From positions 1 through 34,024 of IMG/VR virus record IMGVR_UViG_3300020161_003517: a DNA stretch of 34,024 nt, one strand, 5' to 3'. Origin of the DNA: a virus (lineage: Duplodnaviria > Caudoviricetes). The translations under genes were made by a program, and so were the position numbers. The first letter of the stretch is position 1. Each line of letters opens with the position of its first letter. The notes below the pieces were generated by a model. That model did not search any database. It saw only the letters and a list, made by a program, of their open reading frames with translations, and was not told where the DNA came from. Shown here one piece after another: positions 27,609 to 34,024 of this stretch.

Positions 27609-29588
27609 ATGTCGTTATATACAAATGGTCAACAAGTTACTTTTAAGTTCTTGTTTAACCTCGACGCTGAGTTCTACGATCCAATTTTCATAGATGCTAA
27701 TTGGGCCCAAAGGAATACTTCCGCTACACCATTCTATGGCTCTACTACTCGTGATATATTAATAAATGTTATAAGAGGAGAAAATGGCGGCGGAGGAATT
27801 GTCGATGGAACTTTCTCCTACAATGCTCAGTCTATAGTCCCTGACTATGGGGCACCCATCGCAACGCAATTTAATACAAGCCCTGATTTAAAAACTAAGT
27901 TACAATATAATTATATAACCAGAGAATCAAAAGGAATATATAATTTTGTATACACAATACCAGAGAAGCTTTTCCCAGGTAAGTACACAATTGTTTTAGA
28001 AGCAAAAATAGATGGCGTAAGAGAAGTTAGAGAATTATACTTCCAAGTAAGAGACGTAAATTCAAAAAAACCTATATACATAAAAAGCAAACAAATACAA
28101 GACAATATTGCGATTCTAACTACAGTAAGTAGCCATGATTTAAAAGTTGAAGAACTAATAACTATAACTGATGTAGACCCAGTTATAGATGGTATATACC
28201 AAGTACGTTCTATCCTAGCTTCCGACAAGTTTTCAGTGTACAAAGAAAGTGAAGACGTTGGCTTAACAAACCTTTCTTCAACAGGTCTTGTTCTTAGGGA
28301 AAAATCTAATACTCCAACTTTAGTAACTAGTCAAACAATCTTTTCCAATAGCACACAAGTCAATGCAATATATAAGACTCTAGTCCCAGGAAAAACAAAC
28401 TCAGTTTTATTAGTTGGACACGCTGACTCAACCATGTTAGGCCTTAACGAAGTAAGAAGAATAAACTCCCTTCAAGAAGCAATAGATATAATGAGTGGTA
28501 ATAAAAACTCTCCACTTCTTAGAGCCGTGTTTGACTGTCAGGCAGCAGGTTGTAGCGATATCTATATAATGATATCTGCTCCTATGTCTGAGTATATTGA
28601 AGATCAATCAATGGTAAACCAAAAGAGACCTGATTTAATATCTAGTTCTTCAACCCCAAGTTCTTTAACTTTTTACGAAAAGTACTATGAAAGATTAGAA
28701 AAAACATACCTCAATGCAAGAGAAATAGATTTTATAGATATGATAGTTCCAGTTGGGGTTTCTTTTGTAAGAAATAATGGAGTTAAATTTGTTAGACAGC
28801 TGGCAGATCATTGCGACCACGTTTATAGAAACACTTCGGCAATAAGAATAGGGATTATTGGTTCTAGATCGAAGGGCATGAACGAAGAAGATGTCAATAC
28901 TATTTCAAGTGTTGATTTTTTAAAAAACATACTAAAAGACTCAAGTGGAAATTTAGCAGAAGAAATAGACATAGATGGTAATAACTTAGATATTGGAAGA
29001 TATATCTTGCTATATTATGGAGAGGCAGTATTTAATTACCCTCAACTATCTTTTACTTACACCAACTCAATAGCTGCCGCAGTTGCTGGACAGTTATCTG
29101 AATGGCCTGTATACATGGGTTTAAATAGAAAAGTTTTAAAAGGTGCCTACTCTGCTTTCGGTATTCCTCTAAATGCAGCCCACGTAGCAAGATTGCATAG
29201 CAGTAAGGTAAATACTCTTGTAAAAAATAATAGATCTAGAAGAAATATACCATTTCAAATTCTTTTGTCTGATGATAAAACATTAGCAAAAGATGGTTCT
29301 AGTTTTGCAAATGCTCCGCAACTAAGATTGGCTGCGATGGTAATAAATGAAATTATACTAATAGCAGAATCAAATATAGGAAAATTTGCATACGATACAA
29401 TACAAGAAAAAGTTAATGGAATGTTCCAAGTACTAAAGAGTACAACTCCATCTATTGTTAGAGACTATAGGTTTGAGATCTTTGCGGATAAAAAAGAAAA
29501 AGGGAAGATATATTTAGAGATTGATTTAATATCGTCACATGCTTTAAAGAGAATAAGTTTTAATATATTAACTGGACCAGGAGTTTAA
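27609..29588 (+). CDS. Tail-sheath-related protein with extra N-terminal domains
   Basis: C-terminal half parallels 30404..31687 (LLRAVFD...AG..DIYIM vs LHRAFIE...SGAERIYMV; IYLEIDL...LKRISF vs AVIDLVV...LKSIEV). Start ATG 27609. Confidence 0.55.
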   Translation: MSLYTNGQQVTFKFLFNLDAEFYDPIFIDANWAQRNTSATPFYGSTTRDILINVIRGENGGGGIVDGTFSYNAQSIVPDYGAPIATQFNTSPDLKTKLQYNYITRESKGIYNFVYTIPEKLFPGKYTIVLEAKIDGVREVRELYFQVRDVNSKKPIYIKSKQIQDNIAILTTVSSHDLKVEELITITDVDPVIDGIYQVRSILASDKFSVYKESEDVGLTNLSSTGLVLREKSNTPTLVTSQTIFSNSTQVNAIYKTLVPGKTNSVLLVGHADSTMLGLNEVRRINSLQEAIDIMSGNKNSPLLRAVFDCQAAGCSDIYIMISAPMSEYIEDQSMVNQKRPDLISSSSTPSSLTFYEKYYERLEKTYLNAREIDFIDMIVPVGVSFVRNNGVKFVRQLADHCDHVYRNTSAIRIGIIGSRSKGMNEEDVNTISSVDFLKNILKDSSGNLAEEIDIDGNNLDIGRYILLYYGEAVFNYPQLSFTYTNSIAAAVAGQLSEWPVYMGLNRKVLKGAYSAFGIPLNAAHVARLHSSKVNTLVKNNRSRRNIPFQILLSDDKTLAKDGSSFANAPQLRLAAMVINEIILIAESNIGKFAYDTIQEKVNGMFQVLKSTTPSIVRDYRFEIFADKKEKGKIYLEIDLISSHALKRISFNILTGPGV

Positions 29589-29590
29589 CG

Positions 29591-30322
29591 ATGCCTCAGA
29601 ATTCTTTTTCAATGCCTGGCTTAAACGAAAATGATGTCTTAACCAATAGATCATATAGTGGAGACCCACTTCAGGCGGCTGGTAATTTAAGCTATATTGA
29701 ATTTATGGCTTTGGTAAAAGCTCTATGGGAAAATGCGTATCCTCAAATACCATTGGAGCCAGAAGATGGCGGGCAGTACGCAACCTATCCAATGATCACT
29801 TACACGTTAGAACTAAAGAGAACCCATACTTCGGAGCCAAAGCCAAGAACTAGGTTCATGCCAAAAGACGCTGATGAAATAATATACGGTCAAAGGTTCC
29901 AAAACGTTGTAGGCTTTAATGTTTACACTAGGGCTAACAAAGCAGACATACCAGACGATGAAAACCCTGGCTATAGTGGGGCAGATGCAGCCGACAGAAT
30001 CATTGAGGTTTTTGAAGACTTCATGATGGAGCATACTCCAGTCTTTAAAAGACTAGGTGCTTCAGAGTTTGTTTACTCAAGAAGAATGGCTGACTCTAAG
30101 TCTTCTAGGAATTCAATAGACGTTTGCAAAAGAACAGTTACGTATATGTTGACTACTGAAAAACTTTGGGCTACAACCATATCTAGGATCGAAAAGATCA
30201 TACTCGACATAAGGTCTTATATGGCCACCGAAATGTCAAATACCTTAAAATCTACTCCTGACTATACTGGTACAGAAGTTAATTTAATTGACCTATATCA
30301 ATCTAGTACTCCATCTTATTAA
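29591..30322 (+). CDS. Probable tail completion/terminator protein
   Basis: 243 aa directly upstream of the sheath gene; assignment mainly from synteny. Confidence 0.45.
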   Translation: MPQNSFSMPGLNENDVLTNRSYSGDPLQAAGNLSYIEFMALVKALWENAYPQIPLEPEDGGQYATYPMITYTLELKRTHTSEPKPRTRFMPKDADEIIYGQRFQNVVGFNVYTRANKADIPDDENPGYSGADAADRIIEVFEDFMMEHTPVFKRLGASEFVYSRRMADSKSSRNSIDVCKRTVTYMLTTEKLWATTISRIEKIILDIRSYMATEMSNTLKSTPDYTGTEVNLIDLYQSSTPSY

Positions 30323-30349
30323 AGGTAGTTTGTTTTTATAACTTGCTTG

Positions 30350-30357
30350 TTACTATA
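30350..30357 (+). promoter_or_regulatory. Candidate late promoter motif TTACTATA
   Basis: Intergenic, about 47 nt before the sheath start (GGAGG RBS). Confidence 0.65.
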
Positions 30358-30403
30358 CTCCATGAGTTAATTTTTAAATATCAATTTTGGAGGTTGAAGC
30401 TAA

Positions 30404-31687
30404 ATGGCTATTCCAGGTGTAAAAACAATAATCAAAGATCGCTTTTATAGCATTTCTCGCTCGGACCTCCCGGTTGGACCTAGAGTAGTTGTAATAGCAA
30501 AAAGAAATAACGCTGCTGGGACTGGAAACGTTCCAGATTTAGACGCTGTCCAAGTGACAAACGAAGCAGACGCGATAACTGCTTTTGGTAATGGTTCAGA
30601 TTTGCATCGTGCATTCATTGAATTAGTTGCATCAGGTGCAGAAAGAATCTATATGGTTCCACTGCCGTCAAACACTGTTTTTGTACCAGGTAGCTCATCA
30701 GTAGCTGCAGACATTACATCAAGCAGCGTAAGCGTATTCGATGCAGCTTTTGAGGCAGCAGAATCAGTTTTGCCAGATATCATTATCCCTTGGGGTCGTG
30801 GTGGTCACCCAACACAATGGGGTGCTACACCTTCTGAAGATACTGGTACTCTTGGCTTCTACGCAGATGACACAACAACTGTAACTAATTCTATGGCTAC
30901 AAGAGTGGCTAGAAAATGTGCAGACATCTCGCAGAATTCACACCCTTGCTTTGCAGTTATGGGTATCAAGCCTTATCTTGGCGCAAGTGAAGTTATGACA
31001 CCATCAGTTGTCAGCACCCACTTGGCTTTAACTAATCTTCCAAACAGAAACCAGGACATAGCTACAACTACTACTGACTCTGCTGGTAACATAGTATACG
31101 TTAGACTCGCTGAAGCAGGCAGACACCTGTTTGTTGTATCCGCTGAGCTTATTCCAACAGGATACGATTCAACATGGGGTTACTCAAATGGAGCAGCTTC
31201 ATTGGCCGGTACATTAACAAGATTGGCTTCTTATACTTCACCATCTAACAAGGTGCTTTATAATATAACGACAATGAGATATAACCCATCAAGAGTTGCG
31301 CAAGCATCTATTGGTTCTAAGGGAATTAACTCTGTAGCGTTAAACTTTAACAGAGTTCCAATTTTTGCAGAAGGACTTTCTTTTGCAGCAGACACTTCAG
31401 ACTACACTAGAATTTCTACTATGAGAATAATAAGCGAGTGCTCCTTGCTTGTTCGTCAAGTATGTCAGAAGTTCGTCGGAGAGGCTTCTACTATCCAAGT
31501 TAGAAACTCAATGGAAACTGCAGTCACATCAGCTCTACGAGGAATGATGCAATTAGGTGCCCTACTCGACGCAGATTTTGCGGTTTCGTATATTGCGAAC
31601 GAGAATAAGGCGGTAATCGACCTTGTAGTAACACCAGCCTTCGAGCTAAAGAGCATCGAAGTGCGTTTATCAGTAAACTTAGCCTAA
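30404..31687 (+). CDS. Contractile tail sheath protein
   Basis: MAIPGV N-terminus, A...FG.GS.L motif, C-terminal RISTMRI...KFVGE...VTPAFELKSIEV typical of sheath proteins. Confidence 0.85.
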   Translation: MAIPGVKTIIKDRFYSISRSDLPVGPRVVVIAKRNNAAGTGNVPDLDAVQVTNEADAITAFGNGSDLHRAFIELVASGAERIYMVPLPSNTVFVPGSSSVAADITSSSVSVFDAAFEAAESVLPDIIIPWGRGGHPTQWGATPSEDTGTLGFYADDTTTVTNSMATRVARKCADISQNSHPCFAVMGIKPYLGASEVMTPSVVSTHLALTNLPNRNQDIATTTTDSAGNIVYVRLAEAGRHLFVVSAELIPTGYDSTWGYSNGAASLAGTLTRLASYTSPSNKVLYNITTMRYNPSRVAQASIGSKGINSVALNFNRVPIFAEGLSFAADTSDYTRISTMRIISECSLLVRQVCQKFVGEASTIQVRNSMETAVTSALRGMMQLGALLDADFAVSYIANENKAVIDLVVTPAFELKSIEVRLSVNLA

Positions 31688-31717
31688 CATAACCGATAAG
31701 AATCACGGAGGGTTCAA

Positions 31718-32407
31718 ATGGCAGGAGAATATTACGACAGTCCAGTTAATAAGTATCTGAATACTTATACTACTTTTTCTGGAGCTGACATTGTAGCAAC
31801 ATTTGGTGGAATTGAAATAGGTGCGCTTTCGGGCATAACTTTTTCTGTCACCAGAGAAAAGGCACCAATTTATACCATGGGTTCACCAAACCCTAGATCT
31901 TTTTCTAGAGGAAAACGTGGTATCGCTGGATCATTAATCTTTACAGTTTTTGACAGACCAGCACTGTACACCATGCTTGATAAGCACCACAACACACCAG
32001 ACGAGATGAAGTTCTTCACAAGAGCCCATAACACTCTTCCTGGAGACACTAACCACAGAAGGGGTATTGCAGAATTTACAGATCAGACAAGAGACGTAAC
32101 AAGCAAGGTTCCATTCTACGCAGACCAAATACCACCTTTCGACATAACAATTACTTTTGTTAACGAATATGGTCAAGCAGCTGCAAGATCAATCTATGGT
32201 TGTGAACTTCTTAACGAAGGCTCTGGTGCATCGATGGACGATATAGTTATAGAAGAAACTATGACATATGTCGCTAGAGAACTTGGCCCTATGTACAAGA
32301 TTGCGAATGACCAGTTATTCAGAATGAATTCGGAAAATCTTGGTGATATAATTTCAAGGGACGCAGTTAAGCAATCGAAGCTTAACCCTGATATCATTAG
32401 ACCATAG
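31718..32407 (+). CDS. Tail tube protein
   Basis: Follows the sheath; FSGADI...ITFSVTREKAPIYTMG..NPRSFSRGKRGIAGSLIF...PPFDITI...IEETMTYVAR. Confidence 0.8.
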   Translation: MAGEYYDSPVNKYLNTYTTFSGADIVATFGGIEIGALSGITFSVTREKAPIYTMGSPNPRSFSRGKRGIAGSLIFTVFDRPALYTMLDKHHNTPDEMKFFTRAHNTLPGDTNHRRGIAEFTDQTRDVTSKVPFYADQIPPFDITITFVNEYGQAAARSIYGCELLNEGSGASMDDIVIEETMTYVARELGPMYKIANDQLFRMNSENLGDIISRDAVKQSKLNPDIIRP

Positions 32408-32443
32408 CACTAACGCAACTTCTTAGTTGTTTAAGAATAGTTT

Positions 32444-32486
32444 GGGGCAAGTGTGGGGAGTACGCTCTCTACGCTTGCCCCTTTTC
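32444..32486 (+). terminator. Rho-independent terminator
   Basis: GGGGCAAGTGTGGGGAG-TACG-CTCTCTACGCTTGCCCC long stem with G-U pairs, followed by TTTTC. Confidence 0.8.
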
Positions 32487-32505
32487 TTAAGGAGAAACAA
32501 AAATA

Positions 32506-33303
32506 ATGCCGGAAGTATCAGTTTCCAATACTGGGTCATTTAGACCACTTGAGCAATACACCAGTGGTATAACTATACCATCTCAAATAGACATAGCTCA
32601 AATAAATAAAACAACAAGAGACAGTCTTTATGAAGATAGCGTTAAAAAATATAGAAGAGAAAAGAATCTTCCGGATCCATTCTCAAATATGTCCTTTGCT
32701 GGCGTGGATATATCAGCAACCATGGTCATACCAGATATGTCAGAAGATGGTAATTTAAATAACCAAGGCGATGTTATTGAATTAGCGGAACTGCAAACTA
32801 TATCTTATTCTATGCACAGAGAGAATACGCCAGTTAGAACATTGGGTCATGTGAACCCAAGAGGTTTTGTAAAGGGACCTAGAACAATTGCTGGTTCATT
32901 AATCTTTACCGTGTTCAACGAGTATGCCTTCTATAGAATAAAGCAGTTCAAAAGAAAGCTATCTATGCTAGGCTATTCTCCTTTAGCGGACATGCTTCCA
33001 CCTTTTGATATAGTATTAACGTTCTTTAACGAACATGGTTTGTATGGAAAAATGAAAATATTTGGTTTGACCATAATCGACGAAGGACAAACAATGTCTG
33101 TAGATGACCTTATCACAGAACAAACTTACACATACATGGCAAGAGGAATCCAGCCACTTGTCCATTACGATCCAGACGATAGCTTTACCTATCCTGACGA
33201 AATCGAAAAGAGAGTAAACTCTGCTATAATATCCCAAGGCTTCTTTGGAGATAAAGCAAGAGAATACCATAACGTTATCGACAAAACAATACCCTTAAGT
33301 TAG
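32506..33303 (+). CDS. Tail-tube-like protein (possible tube initiator/baseplate)
   Basis: Paralogous to 31718..32407: FAGVDI, ISYSMHRE..PV..LG..NPRGF.KG.R.IAGSLIFTVF, PPFDIVL, TYTYMAR. Confidence 0.75.
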   Translation: MPEVSVSNTGSFRPLEQYTSGITIPSQIDIAQINKTTRDSLYEDSVKKYRREKNLPDPFSNMSFAGVDISATMVIPDMSEDGNLNNQGDVIELAELQTISYSMHRENTPVRTLGHVNPRGFVKGPRTIAGSLIFTVFNEYAFYRIKQFKRKLSMLGYSPLADMLPPFDIVLTFFNEHGLYGKMKIFGLTIIDEGQTMSVDDLITEQTYTYMARGIQPLVHYDPDDSFTYPDEIEKRVNSAIISQGFFGDKAREYHNVIDKTIPLS

Positions 33304-33311
33304 GAAACGAC

Positions 33312-34024
33312 ATGCCGGAAAATAACAGAGGTCCTTACAGGCCTTTTAGTGGTTATATACCAGATGGAGTAATATCTAGGAACGGCATAAAAAGAGGCTT
33401 CCCTTTTGCTGATAGTTCTTTTGATCCTTTAGATAAGGACATCGACTTAAAATGGGCAGGCACTTCCAGAGAAGATAAAAATTTTAGTAATTATTTTGAT
33501 TATTATTTTTCTGGAGAAGATGTTAAGGTTTACATAGATGGCCTATTTGATCCAGGCGATGAGCTAGATATTTCTAGTATGACATTTTCTATCAAGCAAG
33601 AAAAGCAACCGCTCTATGGATTTTGGTCTTACAACTACGATGCTATAATGTACGGTGCTAGAATTGTAGCCGGCAATTTTGCAGTGTATTCTAGGTACCC
33701 AAGAAGAATGACTGATCTTTTAGAGAAGGCAGCAAAGGTTAGATCAGAAAGTGTTGGTAGAAAAGTATCATCCGATAAGGCAAACGTTATATCGGTTCTT
33801 TCTTCTTCTGGCGAAAGCGCAGAAGATGAAGCAAATATATTAAAATACTGGGCAAGAAGCCAGTTAGACAGAATTACATACGACCCAGCCAAAGTTGCCA
33901 ACTCTCCATCAGACGACAAGCATATCTTTAGTGCTCATCCACCTTTTAACATAATAATTATATATGGTATTCAAGAGAACGGACTAGTCAACAAGGGTGC
34001 AACGCAAGCTCCAAACAATGCAAA
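33312..34024 (+). CDS. Third tail-tube-like protein, truncated by window end
   Basis: ATG 33312, frame open to the end as far as I read it; YFSGEDVKVYID...FSIKQEKQPLYGFWSYNYDAIMYGARIVAGNF parallels the tube fold. Not in the supplied ORF track. Confidence 0.7.
   Translation, partial: MPENNRGPYRPFSGYIPDGVISRNGIKRGFPFADSSFDPLDKDIDLKWAGTSREDKNFSNYFDYYFSGEDVKVYIDGLFDPGDELDISSMTFSIKQEKQPLYGFWSYNYDAIMYGARIVAGNFAVYSRYPRRMTDLLEKAAKVRSESVGRKVSSDKANVISVLSSSGESAEDEANILKYWARSQLDRITYDPAKVANSPSDDKHIFSAHPPFNIIIIYGIQENGLVNKGATQAPNNA

Noticed and set aside
416-33919. Other minus-strand track ORFs inside long plus-strand genes
   Set aside because: Antisense shadows with no RBS or motif support; only 14308..14940 is credible on the minus strand.
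1-34024. Stop-codon reassignment (TAG or TGA read as sense)
   Set aside because: Genes pack tightly under the standard code, and TAG and TGA end genes at sensible positions. The broken genes are fixed by a frame change, not by readthrough.

Overview
This window is part of the virion structural region of a large AT-rich tailed bacteriophage with a contractile tail (myovirus-like). It runs from the 3' end of a probable major capsid gene, through head-accessory and long fibre genes and two PASTA-domain proteins with (Pro-Pro-Phe/Tyr-Phe)n tails. An island of tailoring enzymes follows: eight 2OG-Fe(II) oxygenases, plus glycosyltransferase-, acyltransferase-, sulfotransferase-, methyltransferase-, GNAT- and peroxidase-like genes. 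The window ends with neck, sheath and three tail-tube-like genes. The main finding is an apparent recoding system. Four genes are each broken by a +1 frameshift at exactly an in-frame CGG-A (6743, 7257, 13851, 22483). Reading CGGA as one residue, probably Gly, restores domain homology in all four, and my manual scan found no other in-frame CGG in the genes as called here. A candidate late-promoter motif (TTACTATA) recurs upstream of structural genes. All protein family calls come from motif recognition by eye, not database searches.
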